From NCBI GenBank assembly GCA_964489465.1, contig CAZAYV010000002.1:1-59423 (forward strand): 59,423 bases of DNA. The letters are read 5' to 3'. This stretch comes from an uncultured Dactylococcopsis sp. (GTDB lineage Bacteria; Cyanobacteriota; Cyanobacteriia; Cyanobacteriales; Rubidibacteraceae). Position 1 is the first letter of the stretch, and the number at the start of each line of letters is the position of its first letter. A program made the position numbers and the translations under genes. Positions 1-10,659 of this stretch are shown here, piece by piece. The notes beneath the pieces were generated by a model that saw only the letters and a list, made by a program, of their open reading frames with translations, was not told the origin of the DNA and did no database searches.

Positions 1-15
1 ACGCTCTTCCGATCT
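1..15 (+). other. Illumina TruSeq adapter remnant (assembly artefact)
   Basis: ACGCTCTTCCGATCT is the 3' end of the Illumina read-1 adapter and abuts a truncated ORF. Confidence 0.9.
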
Positions 16-16
16 A

Positions 17-655
17 GGGATTCAGGGCATTGCCAAAGAATTTGTGAGTGGGTTAGTGTTAATTTTTGAACGTCCCATTCAAGCAGGAGACTTTGTGGAG
101 GTGAGTGAGTACGTGGGGACCGTGGAACACATTAGTGTTCGCAGTACTGAAATTACCACGATTGATCGCGTTTCTGTCATTTTACCCAACTCTCGTTTCT
201 TGGAGTCAGAAGTGGTCAATTGGAGTCACCGCAGCCCCATTTCTCGACTGCGGATTCCGGTTGGCGTTGCGTATGGCTCGAATGTAGAAATGGTTCGTCA
301 AGCCCTCCTTGATGCCGCTAAGAATCATTCCGATGTTTTATCCATTCCTCCACCCAATGTCTTCTTTCTCGGCTTTGGTGATAGTTCCCTTGACTTTGAT
401 TTACTTGCTTGGATTTCAGAACCCCGCAAACAATTTCAAATCAAAAGCGATCTCTATTTTTTAATTTATAAATTATTCCATGAAAGAGGCGTAGAAATTC
501 CGTTTCCACAACGGGATTTACATGTTCGCAGCGGTAAATTACCGGTGGAGTTAACCCCTGAACTGACACAATCGTTATCGCAACTCTCTGCTGATCTTTC
601 CGGCTGGTTAGACCATCACCCTCCCGATCATGGGAATCGTCGCAATCAACCTTAA
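17..655 (+). CDS. mscS: MscS-family mechanosensitive channel, C-terminal part (5'-truncated by contig end)
   Basis: Frame is open from nt 17: GIQGIAKEFVSGLVLIFERPIQAGD...GTVEHISVRST...IPFPQRDLH are MscS motifs. Confidence 0.9.
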   Translation, partial: GIQGIAKEFVSGLVLIFERPIQAGDFVEVSEYVGTVEHISVRSTEITTIDRVSVILPNSRFLESEVVNWSHRSPISRLRIPVGVAYGSNVEMVRQALLDAAKNHSDVLSIPPPNVFFLGFGDSSLDFDLLAWISEPRKQFQIKSDLYFLIYKLFHERGVEIPFPQRDLHVRSGKLPVELTPELTQSLSQLSADLSGWLDHHPPDHGNRRNQP

Positions 656-686
656 AAAAAGAGAGTACAAGAAAATTTGTACTCTC
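654..686 (-). terminator. Intrinsic terminator hairpin between convergent mscS and rbp
   Basis: gagagtacaa...ttgtactctc inverted repeat with an adjacent A-run (U-tract on minus strand). Confidence 0.7.
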
Positions 687-721
687 GAATTAACTAAATA
701 AAAATTCTTCGTTTTATTGCT

Positions 722-1222
722 TTATTTTTCAACCGCATTTAGCATTTCCTTGAGTTTAGCCAATTCATCTGCCCACCGTGGGTCGGGTTGGTTTGAAGTG
801 TTGCTATTACTGCTACCTGCTGCTGGTTGTTTCGATTTCTTACTCCCTTTACCCCGTCGTTTATTACTGGCAGCACCCTCCTTATTTTTTTGTTTTGTTG
901 GACGGGAAGATTCGCGAGCTTCTGACCCTTCTTTTTCTCCTTCTGGTGCGTTTTCGTCCCCTTTATTTTTATTACGAGGCAGTGCTTTTTCAATTTTTAA
1001 AGCATTTTCGCGGAACGTCTGACCGTTATGTTTTTCAATGATTTCATCCGCTTTTTCATCACTGGGAACCGTCACAAAAGCAAAGCCACGACAGTGTCCT
1101 GTTTTGCGATCTTTAATTACCTTAATCGATAAGGAATCATCCGCTTCTCCAAAAACTTCTTGCAGCTCTTGTCGCTCTACTGTATCTTTTGGTAAATTGC
1201 CCACGTAAAGACGTACAGACAT
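722..1222 (-). CDS. RRM RNA-binding protein with long charged C-terminal tail (Rbp3-like)
   Basis: RNP2 LYVGNL, RNP1 RGFAFV, C-terminal PDPRWADEL motif. Confidence 0.9.
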   Translation of the reverse strand: MSVRLYVGNLPKDTVERQELQEVFGEADDSLSIKVIKDRKTGHCRGFAFVTVPSDEKADEIIEKHNGQTFRENALKIEKALPRNKNKGDENAPEGEKEGSEARESSRPTKQKNKEGAASNKRRGKGSKKSKQPAAGSSNSNTSNQPDPRWADELAKLKEMLNAVEK

Positions 1223-1972
1223 AAGAAATACCTCGCATTATTTAACTAGTCAAAAACTTTTTAATACAGTTACTTTTCATCAACGGTCAAAGCAGGCGCC
1301 TTCCGTTTAGGAAGGCGTAATCTTTGACTTCAAACTAAGGAACTTTACCTGCAATAAAGTCATGTTAAATTTGGTTTGTCCCATTAATTGTGTTCTTTGT
1401 TGAAGCATTAATTGCAACTTAGCTTTTTGCCAATTCATTAAAGTTCCTTAATTCCATATTGACGCGCGTGTTACCTTGACGATGGGAATAACGCAAACCG
1501 CGTAAAGGAATTCAGTCTAAATTTAGCAGTAACTGTACTCAAAATTATTACAATTTTTTTACACTCTTTTTTAAGCTATCATGAATTTGCTATTTTAGCT
1601 ACCCTGGAAATTAAATTTCATCTATAGGTGAGAGGGTGATGACGACTACAAACCCGTCACAGCAAGCCTCAACATGAATGCAACTTCAAAATAAGCCCAA
1701 CTAGCTACTATAGCTTATTTTCTGAGATTAAGCAAATAACATGGCAATTCATTCCTCACATCGAGTGGGGGATCAATTTTGTATTGAGGGGAGAGTGGAC
1801 TGAATCTTGTCCCCCTCAACCCTTCATTTCAAAACTGACAAACGACTCGTTAGTGTGTGAAGAACATCTCTTTTTCAACAGCGAGGGTTACACTTTCAGA
1901 TAGGATTTCGGCAGAAGCGAGCAATCATTGACCGTTGGTCAAGAGCATCCCTGCTTGGTTAAGGAGATGAGG

Positions 1973-3652
1973 ATGAAGCCAAGGATTATTATTTGTGGCT
2001 TAGGGCGGACTGGATATAAGATTTTTGTGTTGCTTCAAAAGCAAGGGGTAGCTGTGGTGGGAGTGAGTGATTCTCCGCTGCCGGAGTCAAAGGAGCAAGA
2101 AGATATTATTATTGGGGATGCGCGATCGCGCGCGACATTAATGGCAGCAGGGATCGAATCAGCACAAAGTCTGGTTTTAGCGGGAAATGACGATGCGGTG
2201 AATCTAGCTATTCTCACCCAAGCCCGCTTACTCAATCCTGAGATTCGCATTGTTAACCGACTGTATAATCATAGTCTGGGTCAACGCCTCGATCAGATTC
2301 TCCCGAATCACGTTAGCCTCAGTGTCTCCGCCTTAGCTGCCCCCGTTTTTACCTTTGCTGCCATGGGCAATGAGGCGATTGGACAACTGCAACTGTTTAA
2401 TCAAACTTGGCCGCTTCACGAAGAAGTAATTAGTGCCGATCATCCTTGGCTGGGAACCCCCATTGATGAACTTTGGGAAAACCCGCACCGGATGCTAATT
2501 CATTATCTCCCGCGTCATGGCAATGGCAATTTAGTGGCAGCAATCACAGCCGGAAAACGCTTAAAAGCCGGAGATCGCATTATTGTTGGAATTCGACCGC
2601 AAATCCGGAAAAATCATCGTCAGCGCCTCAGACGAAGGATTAAAACGATAACGCGGTTGCCCTTGTTTCATCATCATGCGCGTCCCGTTGCCATAGTAAC
2701 TTTGAGCTTATTGGTAACGATTTTTCTTGCCACTGCCACATATGTATCCACTAACTTAGAAACTTCCATTGTCAATGCGCTTTACTTTTCAGTGGGAATG
2801 ATTACCGGTGCTGGTGGACAAGAACAAGTAGCAGAAAATGCCAATACATTGATTAAAATTTTTACAGCCTTGATGATGATTGTGGGCGCTGGCGTGATTG
2901 GGATTTGCTATGCTCTGATTAATGATTTTGTTCTGGGGAGTCGGTTCAAGGAGTTTTGGGATGTCGCGCGACTTCCCACCCAGGGTCACTATATTATCTG
3001 TGGGTTGGGGGGGATTGGTATGCGGATTTTAGAATATCTCCATCAACAAAATCATGAAATTGTTGTGATTGAGCGCGATCGCGAAAATCGCTTTCTCCAC
3101 ACGGCGCGATCGCTGGGCGTTCCTCTCATCCTCGAAGATGCCAACCTCGAAGCCACCTTACAAGCAGCGAACCTCCAGAAAGCAGAAGCGATCTTTGCGG
3201 TCACCAGCGACGATATGGTGAATGTTGAAATTGCCCTCACTGCCAAAGCCCTACAAGGTAAGCTGCCAGCAATTGTCCGTAACCATAATCCCGAGTTTAC
3301 CGATTCTGTGCAGGAGGTCTTTCAGTTTCAAAATGTGTTGTGTCCCACAGACATTGCTACCCCTGCCTTTGCGGCGGCGGCTTTAGGGGGGAGAATTTTA
3401 GGGAATGGTTTAAATGGGGATTTGCTATGGGTTTGCCTCTCGACACGGATTACCCCACAGCATCCCTTTTGCAATCAGTTGGTCAAAGACAGTGCCATAA
3501 CCGCTAACTTTGTTCCCCTCTATTTGGAAACCCAGAAAAAAACTCGCCATGGTTGGCAACTGCTGAACACTTGTTTAGCCGCAGGTGATATTTTATATCT
3601 GACGATTCCGGCAACGGAATTAAATTTATCCCTGTTTTATCATTCCAGCTAA
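1973..3652 (+). CDS. Potassium channel protein with TrkA-N (RCK) NAD-binding domains
   Basis: Two IICGLG Rossmann motifs flanking a two-TM ion-channel segment; AAGGAG RBS precedes ATG 1973. Confidence 0.85.
   Translation: MKPRIIICGLGRTGYKIFVLLQKQGVAVVGVSDSPLPESKEQEDIIIGDARSRATLMAAGIESAQSLVLAGNDDAVNLAILTQARLLNPEIRIVNRLYNHSLGQRLDQILPNHVSLSVSALAAPVFTFAAMGNEAIGQLQLFNQTWPLHEEVISADHPWLGTPIDELWENPHRMLIHYLPRHGNGNLVAAITAGKRLKAGDRIIVGIRPQIRKNHRQRLRRRIKTITRLPLFHHHARPVAIVTLSLLVTIFLATATYVSTNLETSIVNALYFSVGMITGAGGQEQVAENANTLIKIFTALMMIVGAGVIGICYALINDFVLGSRFKEFWDVARLPTQGHYIICGLGGIGMRILEYLHQQNHEIVVIERDRENRFLHTARSLGVPLILEDANLEATLQAANLQKAEAIFAVTSDDMVNVEIALTAKALQGKLPAIVRNHNPEFTDSVQEVFQFQNVLCPTDIATPAFAAAALGGRILGNGLNGDLLWVCLSTRITPQHPFCNQLVKDSAITANFVPLYLETQKKTRHGWQLLNTCLAAGDILYLTIPATELNLSLFYHSS
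2120..2131. repeat. HIP1 palindrome (representative copy of many; often extended to GCGCGATCGCGC)
   Basis: GCGATCGC recurs throughout the window, frequently as the 12-bp palindrome. Confidence 0.9.
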
Positions 3653-3654
3653 CT

Positions 3655-4785
3655 ATGAGCAGACTCTATGATTGTATTATTGTGGGTGCGGGTCCGGCGG
3701 GTGCCAGTGCAGCCTATCATCTGGCAAAACAAGGACACGCCGTTTTAATCATTGAAAAAGAAACCCTTCCTCGATATAAACCTTGTGGCGGTGGCGTTGC
3801 CCCCATTATTCAAGAGTGGTTTGACTTTGACTTTTCTCCGGCGATTTCCCTGAAAGTGACAGGGAGTCGCTATACCTGGCAGCAAGCGGATGCCTTAGAA
3901 GTGAGTCTCGATCAGACACAACCGCTGTGGATGGTGAGGCGAGAGGTTTTTGATCAGTTTCTAGTGCAACAAAGTCAAAAACAGGGGGCAGACCTGAAAG
4001 AGAATACTCTAGTGACTGGGGTGGAATCGCAAACGGATAAAATTTTGGTTCAGACTCGTCATGGCAGCACCTTTCAAGGACGCTATTTGATTGCTGCCGA
4101 TGGCGGGAGGGGACCGCTAGCGACTTGGTTAGGGTTTAAGAAGCGAAAACGTATTTTAGCCGGGGCATTAGAAACCGAAGTTTCCATACCTGATCAGCGC
4201 GATCAACGGATTCATTTTGAGTTTGGCATGGTCCAGCCCGGTTATCTCTGGAACTTTCCCAAAGCGGATGGCTACTCCTTAGGCATTGGCGCTTTTAGCA
4301 AGCGTGGGTCGCAAAACCTGCGGCAGATTTTAGCGGATTATGCTGGTCTGTTTGATGTTGACCTCAAGGAAGCGCCACACTGGGGGCATCCGATTAGTCT
4401 CTGGAATGGGGATCAGACACTGCATACGGATCGCGCTCTTCTGGCAGGGGAAGCGGCTTGTGTCGTTGATCCCTTTACGGCAGAAGGAATCCGTCCTGCG
4501 ATTTTTAGTGGGATTAAAGCTGCCGCAGCCATTGCTGGGGCTTTGCAGGGAGAAAGTGAGGCTTTGGCAAACTATTCGCGCGCGATCGCGCAAGAATGGG
4601 GCAAAGAAATGATTTGGGCGCGACGTCTCGCCGATACGTTTTATCGTTTTCCCGCCCTTGGATATCGGATTGGGGTGAAACGAGCCAGTGCGACCCGGAC
4701 TCTGGTCAAAATTGCCACTGGGGAACTCCAGTATTCTGAGGTTGCCCAACGCGGTCTGCAACGCTTAACGTCCTTTGCCAGGTAG
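3655..4785 (+). CDS. Geranylgeranyl reductase-family FAD-dependent oxidoreductase
   Basis: IIVGAGPAG, PRYKPCGG, GYLWNFPK, GEAACVVDPFTAEGI motifs. Confidence 0.85.
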   Translation: MSRLYDCIIVGAGPAGASAAYHLAKQGHAVLIIEKETLPRYKPCGGGVAPIIQEWFDFDFSPAISLKVTGSRYTWQQADALEVSLDQTQPLWMVRREVFDQFLVQQSQKQGADLKENTLVTGVESQTDKILVQTRHGSTFQGRYLIAADGGRGPLATWLGFKKRKRILAGALETEVSIPDQRDQRIHFEFGMVQPGYLWNFPKADGYSLGIGAFSKRGSQNLRQILADYAGLFDVDLKEAPHWGHPISLWNGDQTLHTDRALLAGEAACVVDPFTAEGIRPAIFSGIKAAAAIAGALQGESEALANYSRAIAQEWGKEMIWARRLADTFYRFPALGYRIGVKRASATRTLVKIATGELQYSEVAQRGLQRLTSFAR

Positions 4786-4826
4786 AGAGTAGGGAGAAAC
4801 CTCCCTCACTCTTATTACCGCCTATT

Positions 4827-6329
4827 CTAACGGGGAGCGCGACCATAGAGTTCCGTTAACAGTCCCAAGCGATCGCGCAATTCATTGGTTAATTCGTCAC
4901 GACGATAGCGCCATGCCCAGTTATCGCCCAATTGACTGGGTGTATTCATTCGGGCCTCGCTACCCAAGCCTAAAATATCTTGGAGAGGAATCATTGCTTG
5001 ATTGGCAACTGATCCCAGGGCGACCCGAATTAAACTCCAGTGGACGCCTTCTGAGGAAATTCCACCCACATATTGACGCACCGTCTCTTTTTGTTCCGCA
5101 TTCCGTTTCTTATACCAGCCTACCGTCGTATCATTATCATGAGTCCCGGTGTAAACCAAACAGTTGCGGTCATGATAATTAAACGGCAAATAGGGATTTT
5201 CCGGACCGGAATCAAAGGCGAAGTGTAACACTTTCATCCCCGGAAAATTGAATTGAGCCCGCAGGGCATCCACATTAGAGGTAATAATCCCTAAATCTTC
5301 AGCGACAATCGGCAATTCACCGAGACGATCCCGCAATATTTTAAAGAACTTCTCTCCCGGTGCTTCTACCCAGTGGCCATTGCGGGCATCTTTTTCTCCT
5401 TCGGGCACTGCCCAAAACGACTCAAAGCCCCGGAAATGGTCAATGCGGAGTAAATCAACATAATCGAGCGTGCCTTCAAAGCGATGCAGCCACCAATCAA
5501 AGCCATTGGCTTCCACTTGTTCCCAGTTATAAACGGGATTGCCCCATAATTGTCCGCCTGCACTGAAGTAATCGGGGGGAACACCTGCCATCCAAGAGGG
5601 TTGACAAGTTTCTGGATCCAAGCAAAAGATATCTTGGTGGACCCAAACCGCCATACTGTCATGGGCGACATAAATGGGAATGTCGCCCAGAATTCTGATT
5701 CGTCGTTCATTGGCATAGTTTTTCAGGTTTTGCCATTGGCGATAAAACTCAAACTGGAGATACTTATGATAGTAAATCTCCCAGCCCAGATGTTCTTTCC
5801 ATTTCCCTAAGGTTTGCGGGTCGCGCTTGGCTAGACCTTCCTCCCATTCATGCCAACTGATGCCGTTATGGGCTTCTTTTAGCGCCATAAAGAAGGCAAA
5901 ATCCTCTACCCAATAGCCATGCTTGTAACAGAAATCATGGTAAGGACCTCGCTGATCTTCGGGGAGTTTAGCAAACCGTTCAAATGCTTGACGTAAAAGC
6001 GGCATTTTCATTGCTTCCACGCGGTCATAATCGACCCGTTCCTCCGGAAAACTCGGATATTGATCCACTTCTTCTTGGGTGAGTAAGCCTTCCTCTACTA
6101 ACTTATCAGGACTAATTAATAAGGGATTCCCTGCCAATGCTGAATAAGATAAGTAGGGAGAATTGCCAAATCCAGTGGGTCCTAGGGGAAGGACTTGCCA
6201 GACTTGCTGTCCGCTTCCGGCTAAAAAATCGACAAATTCGTAGGCTGCTGCGCCCAAATCTCCAATTCCGTAGCGACTGGGAAGGGAGGTGGGGTGTAGT
6301 AAAATTCCGCTTGCTCGGTCAAGTTCCAT
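4827..6329 (-). CDS. malQ: 4-alpha-glucanotransferase (amylomaltase)
   Basis: RASGILLHPTSLP, GVPPDYFS, RIDHFRG, YTGTHDNDT. Confidence 0.95.
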   Translation of the reverse strand: MELDRASGILLHPTSLPSRYGIGDLGAAAYEFVDFLAGSGQQVWQVLPLGPTGFGNSPYLSYSALAGNPLLISPDKLVEEGLLTQEEVDQYPSFPEERVDYDRVEAMKMPLLRQAFERFAKLPEDQRGPYHDFCYKHGYWVEDFAFFMALKEAHNGISWHEWEEGLAKRDPQTLGKWKEHLGWEIYYHKYLQFEFYRQWQNLKNYANERRIRILGDIPIYVAHDSMAVWVHQDIFCLDPETCQPSWMAGVPPDYFSAGGQLWGNPVYNWEQVEANGFDWWLHRFEGTLDYVDLLRIDHFRGFESFWAVPEGEKDARNGHWVEAPGEKFFKILRDRLGELPIVAEDLGIITSNVDALRAQFNFPGMKVLHFAFDSGPENPYLPFNYHDRNCLVYTGTHDNDTTVGWYKKRNAEQKETVRQYVGGISSEGVHWSLIRVALGSVANQAMIPLQDILGLGSEARMNTPSQLGDNWAWRYRRDELTNELRDRLGLLTELYGRAPR

Positions 6330-6595
6330 AACGTTCTGTGTAATTCTACTTGATACTAAGGTACTCCGAAGAGATCGAGTTAACCTACATTAGACACTGT
6401 TACATCCGAAAGAGAATAAAACAACCTATAATTTTCAGTCTTGCACCTAGTTGTTAAGAAATATAAACATTTCGTTTTTTTTGACGGTCCAATAAAATTT
6501 TTCGGGCAGTTTTAAGAGGAACCTGGTTTAAAGTGAAAGCGTATGTTAATTAGAGATCAGTTCTCTGCTTCAGCCCAAGCCTCATTTTTAAAATA

Positions 6596-7243
6596 ATGCT
6601 TGTTATTTATTTAGCCTGTGCTTTAATCGGTGGTGTCTTTGTTGCTTTATCGGTATCTGGCGGTTTTGAGGGCTTTGATTTTGATACCGAAGCTGATTTT
6701 GATGTCGATGCTGATGTGGACGCCGAAGCCGATTTTGATGATGTCGATTTTGGCACATACCAAGGGAAAACGGAAAAAAAATATAATCCTTGGCTGGGTA
6801 AGCCTTCTCCCCAACAAAAACTCTGGCTGCCCATTTTTAGTTTCAAATTTTGGACATTTGGTATTTGTTTTTTTGGCTTGACCGGGTTAGCGTTAACCTG
6901 GCTGCAACCGAGTTTGGGCAGCTTTCTCATCGCACTCATTGCTGTCTTGATGGGATTAATCATTGGCACAGCAATGGCTTGGTTGTTGCGGGTATTAGGG
7001 GGAAACTACACCAATAGTTTCACGCGGACTGATGATTTAGTCGGTGTTGTGGGAACCGTGGAAATTCCCTTTGATGCCAGTAGCCGTGGCAAAGTGCAGC
7101 TGTCGGTGAAAGGCTCAACTTTGGGATTCTCTGCGATGACTGAACAAGATAAAGCATTTCAGCGCGGGGAAGAAGTCTTAGTGGTTTCCTGCCAAGATAA
7201 CCGAGTTTGGGTAGTTTCAGCCGATAACTTAAAAGATCAATAA
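6596..7243 (+). CDS. NfeD-like membrane protein (short form) with acidic DxD-repeat loop
   Basis: TM segments, C-terminal OB-fold-like GVVGTVEIP...GKVQL; directly upstream of two flotillins. Confidence 0.85.
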   Translation: MLVIYLACALIGGVFVALSVSGGFEGFDFDTEADFDVDADVDAEADFDDVDFGTYQGKTEKKYNPWLGKPSPQQKLWLPIFSFKFWTFGICFFGLTGLALTWLQPSLGSFLIALIAVLMGLIIGTAMAWLLRVLGGNYTNSFTRTDDLVGVVGTVEIPFDASSRGKVQLSVKGSTLGFSAMTEQDKAFQRGEEVLVVSCQDNRVWVVSADNLKDQ

Positions 7244-7266
7244 GACAATTGGAGACAATCTGAGTT

Positions 7267-8631
7267 ATGGTTCAGCAACGGGATATACAAAGGGAAACGG
7301 TGATGGAGGTTTCATCGCCACCAGTTTTTGCCCAGACCAATAATGGTAATGGTAATCCTTTGGGAACAAGCGTCACGATCGCGCTCATCATTTTTGTCGC
7401 TGTTCTCATGGTCGGGGCGATTAATAGTTTGGTGCAAATTTGCGATCCCAATAAAATTTTGATTATTTCCGGTCGCAAATATAAGCGCAAAGATGGACAG
7501 CAACTGGGCTACCGAGTCATTTACGGCGGACGCACGTTTCGGATCCCCATCCTGGAACAGGTGGAAACTATGGATTTAACCACCATGCCCGTTCCCATTG
7601 AAGTGACGAATGCTTACGCGAAAGGGGGAACGCCTCTGAATATTCAAGCGATCGCGAATGTAAAAATTTCTGGGGATTGGTCACTGGTGGGGAATGCCAT
7701 TGAACGGTTTCTCGGGCGCGATCGCGGTGAGATTTCCCGCGTGGCACGAGAAACCCTAGAAGGGAACTTGCGAGGAGTGGTGGCAACGCTCACTCCAGAA
7801 CAGTTAAATGAAGACCGCCTCGAATTCGCGGCACGAATTGCCAATGATGTCAGTGGCGATTTAGCCAAACTGGGGTTACAACTGGATACCCTCAAAATTC
7901 AAAGCGTCTCGGATGAAGTGGATTACCTTAACTCTATTGGACGCCGCCAAATTGCCACCATTGTGCGGGATGCAGAAATTGCCGAGTCCAACGCGGTTGC
8001 CGAAGCCGACCAAATTGAAGCCGACTGCGATCGCCAAGCAGAAGTCGCTGAAACTCAAACCCGAACAGCAGTTCAAGAAAAAGAAAACGAATTGCGACGG
8101 ATTAAAGCGGAAGTGGAAAAAGAAGCCAAAGTGGAAGAAGAACGCACTATCGCTGCAGCCAAAGAAGCCAAAGCCCGTGCCCAACAGGAATTACAAGCGG
8201 TTCGTGCCCAACTGGAAAAAGCGCGCTTAGAAGTGGATGAGATTTTACCCGCGCAAGCGCAACAAAAAGCGGACGAATTACAAGCCAAAGGGAAAGCGGC
8301 AAAAGTGGCTGAAGATACCAAAGCGTCAGCCCAAGTCAACGAAATGCTCGCTCAAATTTGGCAAGAAACTGGGGTTGATGCCTCGGAATTATTCCTGGTC
8401 CAACAAATGGAAACGATCCTCAAACAAGCGGCAAAAGTTCCCCATCGTTTGCATTTAGGGGAGGTCACGGTGATTGACAACGGCGATGGCAAAGCCCTTG
8501 CCTCCCTTTCCAATGCCTATCCGGAGATGATCCGTCAGTTTTTACAACAATCAGAAGAAACCTTGGGCATTACCTTAAGTGGGAAAAAGGGAGAAGCAGC
8601 TGAGGAAACTCAAACGGAGGAAGAAGCATGA
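7267..8631 (+). CDS. Flotillin/SPFH-domain protein 1
   Basis: N-terminal TM, ETLEGNLRGVVA, AEA-rich coiled coil. Confidence 0.9.
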   Translation: MVQQRDIQRETVMEVSSPPVFAQTNNGNGNPLGTSVTIALIIFVAVLMVGAINSLVQICDPNKILIISGRKYKRKDGQQLGYRVIYGGRTFRIPILEQVETMDLTTMPVPIEVTNAYAKGGTPLNIQAIANVKISGDWSLVGNAIERFLGRDRGEISRVARETLEGNLRGVVATLTPEQLNEDRLEFAARIANDVSGDLAKLGLQLDTLKIQSVSDEVDYLNSIGRRQIATIVRDAEIAESNAVAEADQIEADCDRQAEVAETQTRTAVQEKENELRRIKAEVEKEAKVEEERTIAAAKEAKARAQQELQAVRAQLEKARLEVDEILPAQAQQKADELQAKGKAAKVAEDTKASAQVNEMLAQIWQETGVDASELFLVQQMETILKQAAKVPHRLHLGEVTVIDNGDGKALASLSNAYPEMIRQFLQQSEETLGITLSGKKGEAAEETQTEEEA

Positions 8632-9887
8632 GCGCAATTATTACCTTACTCGTACTATTATTCGGTGGGGCAGGCACGATTGCCCTGGTGATTAAAAACT
8701 TGTATTACATTTGTCAGCCCAGTGAAATCCTGATTTTTGCCGGGAGTCGTCAAGCCGTTGCTGATGAAAAAACTGTTGGCTATCGTCTGGTTAAAGGCGG
8801 AAGTAGCATCCGCAAACCCTTGTTAGAAAAAGTGTTTCGGATGAACCTCACCAACATGATCATTGAGTTGAAAGTGACCAATGCTTACTCGAAAGGGGGC
8901 ATTCCCCTGAAAGTGGATGGAGTCGCCAATATTAAAGTAGCTGGAGAAGAACCCACCATTCACAACGCGATCGAGCGCCTGTTAGGAAAAAGCCAAAAAC
9001 AAATCGAAAAAATTGCCCAACAAACCCTAGAAGGGAATTTAAGAGGCGTCCTCGCCAGTCTCACCCCCGAACAAGTGAACGAAGACAAAATGGCATTTGC
9101 GCGCAGTCTTTTGGAAGAAGCCGAAGACGACTTACAAAAGTTAGGCTTAGTGCTTGATAACTTACAAGTTCAGAACATCTCTGATGATGTCAACTACCTC
9201 AACTCGATTGGGCGTAAACAACGCGCTGACTTAATGCGGGATGCCCGCATCGCCGAAGCGAGAACGAAAACCGAATCTGCCCTGCAAGCCGCAGAAAACA
9301 AGAAAAATACCTCTCTGCGGCAAGTCGAAGCCCAAACTGCCAAAGTTCGTGCCGAAGCCAACCGCCGTCTCCAAGATGCCCTGACTCAACGGGAAGCGGG
9401 CATTGCCGAAGCGGAATCGGAAATTGCAGCGGAAGTGGCGCGCACGCAAGCGGAACTAGCGGTACAACGGGAACGACGCAAGCAAGTGGAACAGCAATTA
9501 CAAGCGGATGTGGTTGCCCCCGCCGAAGCAGACTGTCAACGGGCGCAAGCTGACGCCAAAGGACAAGCGGCGAGTATTATCGAAGACGGGAAAGCGCAAG
9601 CCGAAGGGTTACGCAGTTTAGCCAAATCTTGGAATGCTGCGGGTGAAAACGCTAGAGAAATCTTCCTCTTCCAGAAACTGGAACCATTGCTATCAAGTAT
9701 GGTCAGTACGGTTCCCGAAATTGATGTGCAAAAGGTAACAGTGATTGATCCGGCTAAAGGGGGCAATGCCACAAAATTAGCTGCCTTTACCGAACAGCTA
9801 CGAGAAAGCACCGGCATTGATTTGCCTGGTATGGCAGAACGGATTGGACAGTCTAATCCTGCCAGTCAGGAAAACAGCCAAGAGTAG
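8628..9887 (+). CDS. Flotillin/SPFH-domain protein 2
   Basis: Paralog of the upstream gene (TLEGNLRGVLA); ATGA overlap. Confidence 0.9.
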   Translation: MSAIITLLVLLFGGAGTIALVIKNLYYICQPSEILIFAGSRQAVADEKTVGYRLVKGGSSIRKPLLEKVFRMNLTNMIIELKVTNAYSKGGIPLKVDGVANIKVAGEEPTIHNAIERLLGKSQKQIEKIAQQTLEGNLRGVLASLTPEQVNEDKMAFARSLLEEAEDDLQKLGLVLDNLQVQNISDDVNYLNSIGRKQRADLMRDARIAEARTKTESALQAAENKKNTSLRQVEAQTAKVRAEANRRLQDALTQREAGIAEAESEIAAEVARTQAELAVQRERRKQVEQQLQADVVAPAEADCQRAQADAKGQAASIIEDGKAQAEGLRSLAKSWNAAGENAREIFLFQKLEPLLSSMVSTVPEIDVQKVTVIDPAKGGNATKLAAFTEQLRESTGIDLPGMAERIGQSNPASQENSQE

Positions 9888-9932
9888 TTGATGTCACCTG
9901 AGGGCGATCGCGCTGCTGAGTCATGATCGCCC

Positions 9933-10303
9933 TTAATGGTTCCCAAACGCTAAAATCTGATCCGCACTAAAGTTAAATTCTGTCACAACCGTTGATTGAA
10001 TCGGCGTTTCACCCCGATAAACAGTATCTTCATACTTCCCTTCCACCCAAACACACACCGTCACTTGTTGCGGTTCGGGATCAATAATCCAATATTCTGC
10101 AATGCCTCGCGCTGCATATTCAGAAGGTATTTTGCCAGTTCAAAAAATAAGAATTTCGCGATGCTCGCATTAACTTGGCTTTCCGGCGGCATTACCGTCA
10201 ATTCTCCATTGACCAACTCATAGCGCGTATCGGTTCCATCATCATACGCTAAATAGTCTTCCATTGTGAGGCATTGGGAAGAACCTGAGACTGTTTGCGC
10301 CAT
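9933..10303 (-). pseudogene. Uma2 (DUF820) endonuclease pseudogene with internal deletion and frameshift
   Basis: N-terminus (EDYLAYDDGTDTRYELVNGEL..MPPES) joins out of frame to the C-terminus (SEYAARGIAEYWIIDP...AFGNH*); central region is missing. Confidence 0.8.
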
Positions 10304-10659
10304 CGAATCTGCCCTCCCTTTTTCTGAGGTGTAATTCAACGTCATATCAACAGAGCGATCATTGCAAGGATAACGCTCATCATCAGCGGTAAAGAGTATT
10401 AATGTGAGCTAAAAATGCCGATGATTTTGGGTCAGAGTAATTATAATTTTAGTTTGCTGCAAATCATATCCATGGGGTTGCCGGTTATCCACTGGGAAAG
10501 CGCGATCGCTGCTTTGATTTTGTAGGTAATGATCCCGTTGGGATCAAAAATAAAAATGGACAATTAAATCTCACTCTTTTGTGCAAAAAAAACAGTCCTC
10601 AACCTTCATATCTTTCCAGAAGCGACAGTGAAAAAGGGAGGTTCGATGTCTGGAAGTTG

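Noticed and set aside
1223-1960. ncRNA in the long rbp/K-channel intergenic region
   Set aside because: Hairpins are present (e.g. gcgccttcc/ggaaggcgt near 1296-1318) but no recognisable RNA family; probably UTR structure.
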